From a virus (lineage: Duplodnaviria; Caudoviricetes), in IMG/VR virus record IMGVR_UViG_3300050014_000654, positions 1 to 49,224 of that record: DNA of 49,224 nucleotides; one strand, written 5' to 3'. The translations under genes were made by a program, and so were the position numbers. A model generated the notes under the pieces. That model was not told the DNA's origin. It saw only the letters and a program-made list of their open reading frames with translations, and ran no database searches. Below, piece by piece: positions 27,155 to 39,100 of the stretch; position 1 is the first letter of the stretch; each line of letters opens with the position of its first letter.

Positions 27155-29794
27155 CTACCACATGAAGTATATCGACCTCACTCCAGTATCCCCCGCCTCA
27201 ATCGCCTCGAAGTCAATAACCGCCGCGTCACTATAGCCTTCCAAAGCGTAAATAGAGTCAGTATATTTGAAATACGCGAACGTCATATCTTGGAAATTGG
27301 GGACTATTCCATAGATTTTGTTGTATCCCTCTGCGAACAAGTAGGTTAGATTAGTCAAATCATTAACCAAACCAAACAACTGATTGTAGCCTCCAGCCCA
27401 CACATAAATAACCCCATACAAGCACGATATATCTCCGTAAACGGTGTTCAACCCATCCACGTCAAAATAATTTAGCGAAGTCAATCCACTAACGCTGCCA
27501 CCCAAGGTATTATTACCCCAGACTTCAATATGTTGAAGGTTTTTAAGGGTGCTAATATTGCCGCCAAAATCTGCGCTTTGGGGTCCAAAGTCCGTCCGGG
27601 TTATCCCGTCTCCGATGTTCGCGCCACCCGCTGACACAATAGAAGTTATGTCCCCAATCAAAACAACTGTCCGCAATTGAGCGGTTGAATAAGAGTGACT
27701 TATATCTTGGGCTGTGGATGATAAAGTATAACTGTCGGTGGTTCCGTCTCCCCAATTTATATTCAGCGACCCAGTGCCCTTTAATGTAAAGCCAATCGCA
27801 TTGGTTGCGTTGCCAAGAACTAGATAGTTTGTCGCATCAAAGTTCTGAGAGATGGTCCCAACCCAATCCGCCGCACTCGAGTCAACGGGTGCTGAAACTC
27901 CAGCCATCGCAGTGAATATCACCCCATAACTGTCGGGAGAGTCCCATGGGTGAATCCTACTTTGGACAGTGTCGTATAAGAATAATGAGTAATTAGGAAA
28001 GTCAAATGTCCCATTGGAGTATTCGTTAGGTTCGTGCCGAATATAATCCGCACTAGCCATTTGCCGAACTCCATTAACCCAAACTTGTTCAGAGAATCCA
28101 TTTAAACCAGTAATGGTCTTTTGGTCTCCCGTGACGAAAAAGATCGACTGCCCAAAGCCGTTGAATTGCGGGGTGAAAGCCAACTCCGGCACGTTTATCT
28201 CAGAGATGCCCGTCGGAAGCCCGCCCGTCGGATGATAAAGTGATGTTGCATAAAAAGACGGTAAATTCGCACCCGACAGTGCCACCACAAACCCCGCGCC
28301 CGAACTCAAAACGTCATACTGAGTGCCAGAGACAAGCTTCTGACCGTTCATATAAATGTCATATCCAAAATTAGGATAGAATGGGTTACTCGTGCTCACC
28401 CCTGACATTCCTGTAATCAAGACCGTTCCGCCCGACACGCCTACGGGTTCCAAGTATTGAGAGGTCGTCGGAAAATATACCCCGCCGCTCATTGGAATGC
28501 GGCTCGTCTGCCAGTATCCACTGTAAGCCGTGTTGATCGTCGGCGTCGCCAACGAATCATACATCAGCAAATAATCCTCATCATACCCCAAAATCTCCTC
28601 ATTGAATAACTGATAATCCACCCCGCTGGTTTCTTGCAAACCATTCCCGATAAGTTGAACGACGCGCGGATCCGCTGGGAAGATTAGCCCGTCAACGGAC
28701 TTATTCACGTAGGGATTATTCAACTGATAATCATAGACCTCAACGATGTCCCCAGAAGTCAAAGGATAGTCAAATTCCAGACTGAAATCGGCGAATCCAC
28801 TCAAGTATTGATACCCATATCCGAACGAGTAGGCATTTCGCGTCGCCTGAAGCGCCACATTGGAGAGAAGGGGAATCGCGACCTCTTCAATGGACGTAAG
28901 CCCAGTAACTCCAGACGGGTAAATGACGTTTACTGTCGTGCCGTCTCTTTTTGTCACCAAGCCCGTCACGTAGGCGGTGCTTAGAGTTGATGTTTGGTAA
29001 ACGCCACTGAAGGACATCCCTGTGATTTGAATGCCCGAAAAATCATAAGTCTGAGGCGCAATAGAATACCCCGTCATCAAACTACAATTAGCGCAAATAT
29101 CTATCTCGGAGTTGGACCTAGAATCATTAAACAGAATCGCCGTATTAATTTTGCCGTAATATCCAGTATTAGAGGAACTGGTATTATTGAGGTAGCCGCC
29201 GACATAAATGTTTCTCGTGTCAAGCGTAGAGCTGGGGAGTCTGACATTTGACGAATAGTATTTATCGTCTCCAAGGTTGTATATGCCAAAGTCAACGAAT
29301 TGATTACCCACTAAAGATACTTGAACGAAGTCGTGTTTACTTAGCTCTTTTGAAAGGGTCTTTTGGTAGCCGCTCGCGCGAAAAAAGAGTCGGTTGGCGT
29401 CATTAATGCCAATGGCGAATCCAGAGTTTAGCCCGTTGGGATTATCGATAGTCGATAAGAGAATATTATCAACTCCCCAATAATTAGCCCTCGTCACACC
29501 GTCATACTCAACATCCATTATTAGCGAAAAACTTCCAGTGTGTTCATAGCCAACGCGATAGACGTTTTCACCACTAAAGGTGTTGCTGACGAGTGTTTTC
29601 GAGGAAACGTTGATTAAGGGTAGGCTGGGACCGAAGATTTGCGCGCCCGTGTAGTCATAACCCGTTGGGTAGAGAAGATTATAGATTATCTTTGAGTCGC
29701 CACTAGCAAAGGAAAAGACGCCCTCCAACGAGTCCATCGCCCCGGTAGAGATACCGTTGTATGCTAAACACGTCAAAAAAGTCTTGGTTTCCAT
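27155..29794 (-). CDS. Putative tail protein with a LamG-like N-terminal domain and a C-terminal PKD-like plus LRR module
   Basis: IYVGG...YYGKINTAILFN (LamG-like), INWGDGTT and 21-aa LRR-like repeats. Confidence 0.65.
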   Translation of the reverse strand: METKTFLTCLAYNGISTGAMDSLEGVFSFASGDSKIIYNLLYPTGYDYTGAQIFGPSLPLINVSSKTLVSNTFSGENVYRVGYEHTGSFSLIMDVEYDGVTRANYWGVDNILLSTIDNPNGLNSGFAIGINDANRLFFRASGYQKTLSKELSKHDFVQVSLVGNQFVDFGIYNLGDDKYYSSNVRLPSSTLDTRNIYVGGYLNNTSSSNTGYYGKINTAILFNDSRSNSEIDICANCSLMTGYSIAPQTYDFSGIQITGMSFSGVYQTSTLSTAYVTGLVTKRDGTTVNVIYPSGVTGLTSIEEVAIPLLSNVALQATRNAYSFGYGYQYLSGFADFSLEFDYPLTSGDIVEVYDYQLNNPYVNKSVDGLIFPADPRVVQLIGNGLQETSGVDYQLFNEEILGYDEDYLLMYDSLATPTINTAYSGYWQTSRIPMSGGVYFPTTSQYLEPVGVSGGTVLITGMSGVSTSNPFYPNFGYDIYMNGQKLVSGTQYDVLSSGAGFVVALSGANLPSFYATSLYHPTGGLPTGISEINVPELAFTPQFNGFGQSIFFVTGDQKTITGLNGFSEQVWVNGVRQMASADYIRHEPNEYSNGTFDFPNYSLFLYDTVQSRIHPWDSPDSYGVIFTAMAGVSAPVDSSAADWVGTISQNFDATNYLVLGNATNAIGFTLKGTGSLNINWGDGTTDSYTLSSTAQDISHSYSTAQLRTVVLIGDITSIVSAGGANIGDGITRTDFGPQSADFGGNISTLKNLQHIEVWGNNTLGGSVSGLTSLNYFDVDGLNTVYGDISCLYGVIYVWAGGYNQLFGLVNDLTNLTYLFAEGYNKIYGIVPNFQDMTFAYFKYTDSIYALEGYSDAAVIDFEAIEAGDTGVRSIYFMW

Positions 29795-29803
29795 TCTCCA
29801 TTC

Positions 29804-31402
29804 CTAGTATCCGAATAAATACCCACTTGCTCTCAGATAGTTACACGTGGCGGCACCGAATGCTTTTGTCGTTAGAAGACCGCTACCAACCGTATCAACT
29901 CCTAACCAAGTTTTTGCATAAGATATTTCGTTGATTCCGGTGGTTAAATTCTCAGAAGTTTGGAAGGATCCCGCCTTCACGTAAGCGGCGGATAGCCCCG
30001 CCATCTGACCCGTGAACGGACTCGTGCTGGCGTTTGCCGCCTCGGCAGTCAAAGTGAGGTTGATCTTGGCTTTGGTCATCATTTGGGGGTCCTGCAAAAC
30101 GTAATGCCCCTCAATATTCGCAGAAGGAAGCAAATCAAACGCCCATTTTGAAGGCTCAACAGAAACCGCATACTTTGGATTCACATACCCCGCCGAATGC
30201 ATCCCATCGGTCGTCTGTAATGAGATTCTGAAGTTGGCTGTCCCTGAGTTCTCTTGGATACTTACTTGAGAGTCCCATGGGAACAAATTCGCGCCGGAAT
30301 GATACGACGTATAAAGGGGCGACCCAGAGATGATAGTCGTTAAATAGTTACGCCAGTTGGTCCCATTGGCTGTTTTGAAAGCCGCTAATTGGGCTGTCCT
30401 GTAGTTTAACGGTCCCCGACAAACAAATTCACCCTCAACGCGCCAATTCTCCTTGGGCATCAAAAGGTCATTCGAGAGGCTGACGTTGTAGTCCAAATAT
30501 CCACTCAAGTCCGCTGCACTGTAACCCGATACATAGGACGCACGGAACTCCACTGAATTTGCGCCGCTATCACGGTTGACATTAAACCCATTCAACGAAA
30601 GCAACCCCGTTGTAAATCCAAGGCTTTGAATTCGACTCGGGATACTCACCCCCGATAGCTGAGATTCCAGATACCCCAAGTCCTTATAAATCGGCGACGC
30701 CTGCAATTTCATCGAAGCGTCAACCGTCAGATACTCATTCTCAAATGTATCATTAGTGGATACCGAGAACATCTCAATCCAAGGATTTATTGAGCCAGTA
30801 TTGTATTTCCAAACCTCCGTGACTCCATAACTTGCATTTAGGCGGTCAATAGATTCGGATAGACTCATCAGAACGGGCGTGCCGCTGACAATAAAGGCTG
30901 GGTTAAAAGGATTCTTCCCCGTAAAGGATTTAACGAATGAAACCGCATTATCAAACGCGCCGTTGGAGGTTTTAATGCCCTTGGCGGCGATCTTATGATT
31001 TACGCTGACTAACCCATCGTCTCCAGCCGAAAACGAATACTCATTGGAAGGCTCTACCACGCCACTTGGAACGTTATAAGCCTTAAGCTTCGCCGAATAC
31101 GGTGCGAATGATCCTATGAAAAAGTTGTTAGTCCCAAACGACAACTCATCCAAGACAACATTAGTCCATGAATAAATCGGCGTCGTCCCATCCAAAACGT
31201 CAAGTTGCCCGAATTGACTTCCAAAGACTCCCGTGACCTTTGAAATATCCCCCGTCGTAGCGAGTCCGGTGAGGAGACCATTTAAGGTAATCTGAGTCAC
31301 TTCACCCCAGCGTTGACCGTAATCAATGAACTGTTTGGATTGACTGACTATCGGGGCGGGATTAATCGCAACGCCATTATATTTTACAACAATGTCAGCC
31401 AT
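29804..31402 (-). CDS. Putative distal tail/baseplate protein
   Basis: 532 aa, positioned after the tape measure gene, and resembles its upstream neighbour. Confidence 0.65.
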   Translation of the reverse strand: MADIVVKYNGVAINPAPIVSQSKQFIDYGQRWGEVTQITLNGLLTGLATTGDISKVTGVFGSQFGQLDVLDGTTPIYSWTNVVLDELSFGTNNFFIGSFAPYSAKLKAYNVPSGVVEPSNEYSFSAGDDGLVSVNHKIAAKGIKTSNGAFDNAVSFVKSFTGKNPFNPAFIVSGTPVLMSLSESIDRLNASYGVTEVWKYNTGSINPWIEMFSVSTNDTFENEYLTVDASMKLQASPIYKDLGYLESQLSGVSIPSRIQSLGFTTGLLSLNGFNVNRDSGANSVEFRASYVSGYSAADLSGYLDYNVSLSNDLLMPKENWRVEGEFVCRGPLNYRTAQLAAFKTANGTNWRNYLTTIISGSPLYTSYHSGANLFPWDSQVSIQENSGTANFRISLQTTDGMHSAGYVNPKYAVSVEPSKWAFDLLPSANIEGHYVLQDPQMMTKAKINLTLTAEAANASTSPFTGQMAGLSAAYVKAGSFQTSENLTTGINEISYAKTWLGVDTVGSGLLTTKAFGAATCNYLRASGYLFGY

Positions 31403-31403
31403 A

Positions 31404-33134
31404 TCAAAAATATTCTGTTACAGGATTAGTCCAAGGAGCGCCATTGTCGCCTTGCTTTAGCGCGTATTTTTTCAAGGTGTAGACGAACGTTAAATCCAAC
31501 TGCAATACCCCCTCGGAGGTTAAATTGTATCGCGCGTCCGACAAAAAGTAAGTGAAAGACAGAGGCTTGGTGCCGTTGAATTGTTGCAAGAAAGTCGTTA
31601 TCCCATACTTATAGAGTGCTTGTAAATAAGTCCCCACATCAGTTCGGAAGCCGTTAATAAACTCGGTTGGGTTACGCCCGATGCCCGCTTCGAGGTTCAC
31701 ACCCAAAGAGCCTTTTTCGGTCTGGTAGGCGTAATTGATGATGCTGTTTTTGGTTGGGCGGTTGACAATCTTATACTCTGAAACCATGTCGGCGGGGACC
31801 GTATTGGTGACTTTGCAATCGACATACTTGAAGGTGATGCCATTTATTGACCGAAAATATCTTGGATTATTGGAATATTCAAGACTGAGGGTCGCGCGCG
31901 TTTTGTGGTTTGGAAGCGAAACGTCATATTTGATAAGTTGAGCACTTAGCCCTGCGGTATTTAGGTTACTGCTCGTGTAATAAGCGGCAACTATTGCGGG
32001 TGATTGGCTAATGCTGCTCGTTATCAGAGTTGAGAAATCAGAGCTTGGGTTGCGCTTGTTTGTCGTAAAAGTATAGGAATCTCTGATTGAAACGTAGTTC
32101 TTTTCATCGGCGTCAAAAGAAATCACCTCTTCGATGATGGATCCGTTTGACTTCCAGAGCGGGCTATTCGTGTAAGATACGTCGTAATCGGCAGTTAATG
32201 ACAGGGAATTATAGACCCGAACGTTGTTTCTCGGGAGGCTCACCAAAGTTAGGTTTACAGGCATTCCGCCCGCAAAGTCCTTATACGTGGAGTAAAACCC
32301 GCTGCAACGACCAAACGCTCCGGCATAAAGAGTATCCGCGCCAGCCTTGGCTTGGGGGAAATTAAGGAAGCCTTTAATGTGGGCTTTTTCGCCGATGCTA
32401 AAGATGCCCTCGTTATCAATATCCAGAGAGTGATTCAGGCTGTAAGAATACTGACTCCCGGAAAGGGGGAGCATTTCGACTCGCTTATTGAAGCTGAAGA
32501 CGTTGCGTAAGGTGTCGTAGGACTCAGTATAGTAGTTGCGATAAGCCCCCGAATCCTGATATTTTGCCGCGCCGACCGCCGCGCAGACGCCCATGGTCGT
32601 GTCTTTGTCGTTTTGGAAGACGCCAGATGCGATTGACGCCGCCATCGTGCGCCCACCCATCCCGCTTAAGAGCGCGAAAGAAAGCGAGTGATTGACTGAT
32701 TGGTTGCCATTCTCATCTTGAATGAATCCAAAGTCTTCCTTAAAATCCAACAGTCCGGTGCTATAGGAAACCCAGAACGCCGACGAGAGACCCTTATAGT
32801 AATTCCCTGAGAGTTCAGGTTGAACCGTTGATAAACCGACGGGCGGACCTTTGACTTCAATTTGGGCGTGGAATTTGGCGGCTTGGACGCCGTTCTCGGG
32901 AAAGGTATAAGAACCGGGAACCTCAAAGACTTTAACGTTAATGTCCCCCGAATAACGACTATTATACTCATTAATCAGCGTTTGCTGGATGAAACTCGGG
33001 CGTTTTAAGGTTAGGTCAAGGGAATATAGGTCAAAGTCAAAAACCTGCGTTTCACGATAATAAAGGGCGTCATTAAAGGTCTCCTTTTTTAAGGTGTAAC
33101 CAAGCGCCCCGGTGAATAATCCAACATTTGACAT
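31404..33134 (-). CDS. Putative distal tail/baseplate protein
   Basis: 576 aa, immediately downstream of the tape measure gene. Confidence 0.65.
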   Translation of the reverse strand: MSNVGLFTGALGYTLKKETFNDALYYRETQVFDFDLYSLDLTLKRPSFIQQTLINEYNSRYSGDINVKVFEVPGSYTFPENGVQAAKFHAQIEVKGPPVGLSTVQPELSGNYYKGLSSAFWVSYSTGLLDFKEDFGFIQDENGNQSVNHSLSFALLSGMGGRTMAASIASGVFQNDKDTTMGVCAAVGAAKYQDSGAYRNYYTESYDTLRNVFSFNKRVEMLPLSGSQYSYSLNHSLDIDNEGIFSIGEKAHIKGFLNFPQAKAGADTLYAGAFGRCSGFYSTYKDFAGGMPVNLTLVSLPRNNVRVYNSLSLTADYDVSYTNSPLWKSNGSIIEEVISFDADEKNYVSIRDSYTFTTNKRNPSSDFSTLITSSISQSPAIVAAYYTSSNLNTAGLSAQLIKYDVSLPNHKTRATLSLEYSNNPRYFRSINGITFKYVDCKVTNTVPADMVSEYKIVNRPTKNSIINYAYQTEKGSLGVNLEAGIGRNPTEFINGFRTDVGTYLQALYKYGITTFLQQFNGTKPLSFTYFLSDARYNLTSEGVLQLDLTFVYTLKKYALKQGDNGAPWTNPVTEYF

Positions 33135-33137
33135 AGT

Positions 33138-36100
33138 TTAGGCTCGCGCGGGCGGCATGGTGGCATTGCTACCTTGTTTCAAAACATTGACCATTCCCTC
33201 AAGACTCATTAGCTTCTCAGCCAAGGGGATAATAAACTGCTCTTGGATGTCATCACTTATGTTAGCGGAGTCGAGGGAAATTTTAACATCAATCTTAGAG
33301 TTAACCGTGGCTTCACCCTTATCCGTCTTACCATTAAGAGTATCAAAGATAGCTTTAATTTCCGTAATTAACTGCGCAGTTTTGGCGTCGTCACCACTAT
33401 TGATAGATTGGCGCAAGCTCTCTTGGCGTTGATTCAATAAACCCAATTCCTTTTGAGATTCGGGCGTGAATTGTTTAGGAGTGATTAAGCTCGTTAGGCG
33501 ACCGTAAATACCGGATGAACCCTCTTCGTCAGCGACTCGTTTGTTGTTCAGTTCGTCGGTTCTATTACTTATGCGAGCGTAGAATTGACGGGACCCGTTT
33601 AGGAAATCCTTCCCTTGACTGTGAAGGACCGTATCGGCATCATCACTTAAATAACCGCGCTGGCGTGCTTCAGTTCCGGCTAATTGGGACAGTGCATTTT
33701 TATTCTGAGAGTAGACCCCAGCCGTATCAGAGAGTAAATTTAGTCCCACCCCTACAGGTCCATTGTAGGCGTCCATTGCATATTTAACGCCCAATGAAGC
33801 GGTTTCACCGTAATTTTTTCTGGTCTCGCCAACCGCCGTATTTCGGAGATAGTCGATGGCTTTATCGGTGTATTTCTGACCGGGGGACTTGCCCATGTCC
33901 ATTGCCGTATCCATCATTCTGTCGGTGAAGCTGCCTCCCGTCGACGGAGACAAAATAGAAGAAAGGGAAGACGGGCTTGAGTCTTCTCCTTCCGATGCAC
34001 TAGCGGAATAAGCCGCGCCACCAAGGACAGCCAAAGTTGCTAATGTCTTTCCCCGTATTCCACCTTTTCTGAGGGCATCGAGGATTTTTTTGGAAATGCC
34101 ACCTTTTCCGCCTGTTTCGGGAAAACGATTATAGACTGGGGGCTTCCCAGAATAATGATCCAAGAACGCTTTGTCCGCGCTAGGGGTTGAGGATGCAATT
34201 AGAGGGGGCTTACCTTTAGGAGGATTCAAAGCCTCTTTTTCTTGCTGAAGAATCCTCTTATACTCACGGTCTTCATTCTGTTTGGAAATTAATTGATCGG
34301 CAGCATGTCTTTCTGCGGCAGTCTTAGGATAAGCAATATTATGAAATGGAGCTCGAAAACTAACAGGTAATTTAGTCCCAGATTTTGCGGCTTCTTCTGC
34401 GGTCATCCAAGAAGAGCGTTTATCGCCTCCTAATGCTTTTTTTGAGGTGGGAGGTGCTTCGTTAGCGGGCGGAATTTTAGCTTTTTCTCTCGCTAACCTA
34501 TGAATGGCATAAGCAGTCGGGATACCATACGCTAATCCTCCTCCAATAGAGCTGGCTACCCCTCTCACTCCTGAGTAGTCCCAAGTCTTATAGTCCCCAT
34601 TAACCCTCCTAGACTTCTCCATTTCCGCATCACTTAGATTGTCAGGGACTCGATTTGGGGAGTATTTTTTGACTGTTGCTTCAGCTACCCTTTGAGCTGC
34701 GGTATCAGTTTCGGAGGTCTTTTTTCTCGTGGCGGCGGTTTCTTTCGCGGCTTGTTCGTAAGCGGCTTGGGAGCCAGAGATACTCGCGCCGAAAGACTTT
34801 AAAGCTGCGGCGGCAATATCGACCTCTCTGGACAAATTAGAGACGCTGGCGTCAATAGACGATGAAGAAGCCCCTCCAAGAATTCCTTCATTCTCAGGCT
34901 TAAACTCAGCAAGCATTGCGGCGTTGGCTCGCTCTCCAAAAGAGTTTTTGTTGGCATAACCCAACGCGCCTTGGAAGGGTAACGATCCCCGCCCAAACCG
35001 CGCCCCGGTTATACCAGCAATGCGACTCGTCGAACGATAGTCAACCGCCATCTTGCCCTGAGTCGCAATATTCCAAAGAGCGTTAACCATCGGGTCCTTG
35101 CGGTCGATGGCAATTCCCTGCCCTTGCATAAACTTCAAGTAGCCCGCCGCGCCAGCGCCGCGAGATTCGGCGTTTCCATTTCCAAAAGCCAAAGACAGCC
35201 CCCGGACTCCTTCGCGTTCCATGGATCGGCGAGACTGACGGTCGATAAGGCTTTTCATCCCCCCCATGAAGCTGGAGAGTTCTTTAAACTTCAACTCTTC
35301 GAGCATTCCCTTCAGATTCTCGTTGGTCTGTTGGGCTTGGGAGAGTTGCTCTTGGTTAATTTGGAGGATGTCCTTATTGCCACTTTGGGCAATCTTGAGA
35401 ATTTCGTCGCTATTACCATTTTGGAGATACTTTAAAATCGTATCGTTGACGCCCTTATCCGTGCTGCCGGAGTTTTTGACAATTTCGTTAGCAAATTTGC
35501 CATAATCAAGACCCCCGTTCTTGTCAGAGAATCTCTCTAGGGTTCTGCCCGCCATCGTTGAGGCGATACCTGTATTTAAAGCCTGTCTTATCTCGAACTG
35601 ACGCGCGGAAATACTGGGTGCGGTCATCCCCGCTTGGTTAAGAGACTTAAAAGCCTCTCCATTTGCTAAAAAGGAATCAAAATTCTGCGTCAAACCCCCA
35701 ATAACACTTCTCGCGGTCCCTTGACGGGAAGTCTCAACTTTTTGCTTACGCTCCATCTCGCCACGGGAGAGTTCCATTTTGGCGGAGTAAATTGCATTTG
35801 TTCGGTCGCCGTATTGGAGTTTATAGAGGTTTCCCTTGGCTTGCATCCCAGCCATTTCCTGCATTCCGCTGCCGTAGTTTTTACGAGTTTGAAACTCTTG
35901 GATGTCTAAGTTATTGTTTGCCTGATAAGCCCCCTGATTCAAAAAGAGGCGCTTTTGCATAGCCTCAGCGTGAATCTTCATATCCAACTCTGCTTGGGAC
36001 GCCGCACGAGTCTTTTGAAGTTTCTCAACCGCCGCCTTGCCCTCCGGGGTGCTCATCGACGCCTCTTCCCCGAGATTAACGCGCATTCTTTCTACGACGG

Positions 36101-39100
36101 TGCTTCTGACTTTTCCGTTTTCAATCTGACTGAGCAATTCTTGCATCTTTTTGTCGCCACCGATAAGACTTTGGAATGAGGCGGCATTAGAGGACGCCTT
36201 CAGAGCCTTGGCTTTGAACGGGTCGTCCATTTCGGCGATAAAGGAATTTGAGGTCCCATTAACCATTTCCTTGACCTGTGTTTTCTCTCCCTCGGTTTTC
36301 CAACCTAATGGGTTTGGATTATAAATGTTACCAAGAAAAGAACTCGCTGAAGCCCGTTTGTTGATGTCAAGAATACTCGCCTGAGACTCAAGATTCTGAG
36401 ATTGGGTTTTCTTATAAGCATCTATAGCGGCGAAACGAGCCGTATTAGACCCCGCGCCCGCGATGGCAACATAAGCCCCTCTGGCGTCTTCATTCCCGCC
36501 TTTAAGCTGGGACATTAACTCCGTAAGCTTGCGCTGCTCCTTAATAAGAGTTTCATAACTAACACTGCTGTCGGTCAAAAGGTTATCGTAGTTATTTAAT
36601 GTAGCCGCCATTGAATCTAGCTGGGCTACGACCTTCTGTGTCCGGGATTGTAATTGCTCAAATTGGTTCGCGGCTGTGGCGAGACCCTTCATCCAAGTAT
36701 CAAGAGCCTCAACGGTTGAGTAGCCAGCCATACCCGCCGCTGCCGCTTGCCCGCCTTTGCCGGGCATAGCCCAAACGATTTGGGCGGCATTCATTAGACC
36801 TTTGGTGAGCTTATCGGTCCCCTCTGCGGCTGTCGCACCAAAATTAGAGCCAACTACTTGAGTTGCCATGCCACCGCCGATACCTAAACCCATGGACAAT
36901 TTGAAGGCGCGGTTTTGAGTCTTTTCGCGCTGTTCTTGCCTTTTTCTCTCGTAGGCGCTGATTTTTTCTGTTTCTGCGTCAATGTTAGGAAAGGCGTCTT
37001 GGAGGGCTTTTGCGCTGGTGTAGGTCCCTGTTTTGCCTTGGGGGTCCTTCCATTGAACGCTTTGAGTCCCGGTTATTAGGGCATTTTTAAGATTCGCGAA
37101 TTCTCTAATAGAAAGGCGAGTGGCAATTATTTCCTTCTCTTTTTGATCAACGAGTCTCCCCGAACTAAGTTTAAGTTTATCCAACCATGCTGGCGAACCC
37201 ACAGATTGGGATATATGACTCATCATCCCCATCATCATGGAGGTAAAAAACGTAGCATCCATCCCGCTGCTACCACCTCCGCCGCTAAAATCACTCGCCA
37301 AGTTAGGAATTAAACGATGCCCCGTGGTCCGTTGAGATTGGATTTCGCTGACGGATTGGTATTTTTTGTGTTGGGCAATGGCATGGGCGAGGCTCATTTG
37401 CTTGGAATTATAGACTCCAAGACCTTGAGGATTGAGGGTATTTACCAACTCTGGGTTACGATCAATCTTAATGGCAGCGTTGACGACGCTCTTTTCCGCA
37501 TTAATCGCCTCAATAACCGAGGGGAGAGCCGCCAAATCCTGCGAAACGAAACCGCTCGCACCATAAGCCCAAGGCGCTCTGGCTTTATGCATCCTGCCCG
37601 CGTAGCTATTTTCAGGCGGATTGATGGTTTCGTAAACCTGACCATCTCGCACAACTCGAGTCTTAGTCTCCGCCGTGTTGGCAATAATAGGAACAATTCT
37701 TGGACCGTCTTGAAGCGTAGTTGCGACGACGCGCCCCGGAGCGTAGCCGCCCGCACGAGCGCGCTGAGACTCACTAATAGCGTCGCTCATCGACGGAACA
37801 TAGCCGCCCGCTGCGTGGCTGATTCCACCCCCTTTTGAGGTGAAAGCGGTCGCCAAATTCTTTGACGCTGTGGCAGTAAAGGCAAATGCGGCGGCTTGGT
37901 CTCGAACAACATTGAGGAGTTGTTTGTTAATATCAAGAATGTTCGTATGCCCTAAAGCCAGTTCTTTTAGCAAATTAGGCTGTCTCTCAAGCCATCCTGC
38001 GAGGACTTTCTGAATTTCTGCTTGGTCTTTAAGCTTGGAATTAGCAAGCGTAAGACTTCCTACCGCCGAGTAGGCGAACTTGCCGAACATCGTCAGCAAT
38101 TTCATTATGCCGACCATCGCCACTTGTAACCCCGGACCCGCGAGGACATTTCCGATGCCCTTGAGAGCACCTTGGGCGGCGTTATTACGGAGTGAGTGTT
38201 CCCCATTCTGAGAAGGGTCGGCAGAATCCGCAACGCCAGAAAGAATCTTGGTAAAAGAGTTGATGCCCGACCTCATTGTCCCGCCGATCATTGCCGTTCC
38301 AACATTGGAAGACGCCCGAGTCAACTCATTCATTGAACGAATTAACGACGACGAAATGGTAGAATTAAGCTCACTCAACCGCTTTTGCGCGGATCCGGCT
38401 GAACTTTCGGCAGTCTTAAGTGCCCCATCGACAATACTCAACCCTCCACCTAAATCTTGGAGGATGGCTTTCAAGGCGTTAATCTGATAGACGCCGCCGA
38501 CGGTTTCTGAAATGAACGACTTTTGAGAAGAAGACAGCCCCGAGTAGCTCTGAGAGAGAATCTTTAAAACCTCAATCATCGGCTTCGTCTTGCCGTTAAC
38601 ATCCCGAACCGCAATACCCGTTTGCTCCAAGGTATCAAGAATCTGAGGGCGCTGTAAGCGGGTGAAAATAGTCTTGAAGGAGTTACCTAGAACGCTACCA
38701 CCACGAGCCGTAATCTGCTGCGCGGCAGTGATCAAAGCGACTGTCTGGTTAAGACTAATCCCAGCGTCATTGGCAGCGGCAGACACGCGGCTCAAGCCCA
38801 AAGCCAAATCTCCCGCGCTCACGGCGTAACGCGCGTCAACTGCGGTTAAGCGATTAACGATATCCTCAGTAGTCAAAGACTCCCGAACGAAACTGTTCAT
38901 CGTCGCCGTCAGCGAGGAAATTGAATCTTCAAGAGCCAACCCAGAGAGGCGAGACAGAGTTAGCGCCGAAGCCGTTCGCTTTAAAACTTCCTCAACGCCC
39001 AAGCCCTGACGAGAGAACTCGGTCGCGGCTTTCGTGGCGTCAGTGAACATTGAGCTGGTGCTATTAGCAACCTCGAATAAATTCTTTGAAAATTTCGCCA

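Noticed and set aside
38860-38873. 13/14 match to the putative omegaRNA guide (124-137) inside the tape measure gene
   Set aside because: Short, found post hoc, has a seed-region mismatch, and is explainable by both sites encoding T-[IT]-E-D-I.
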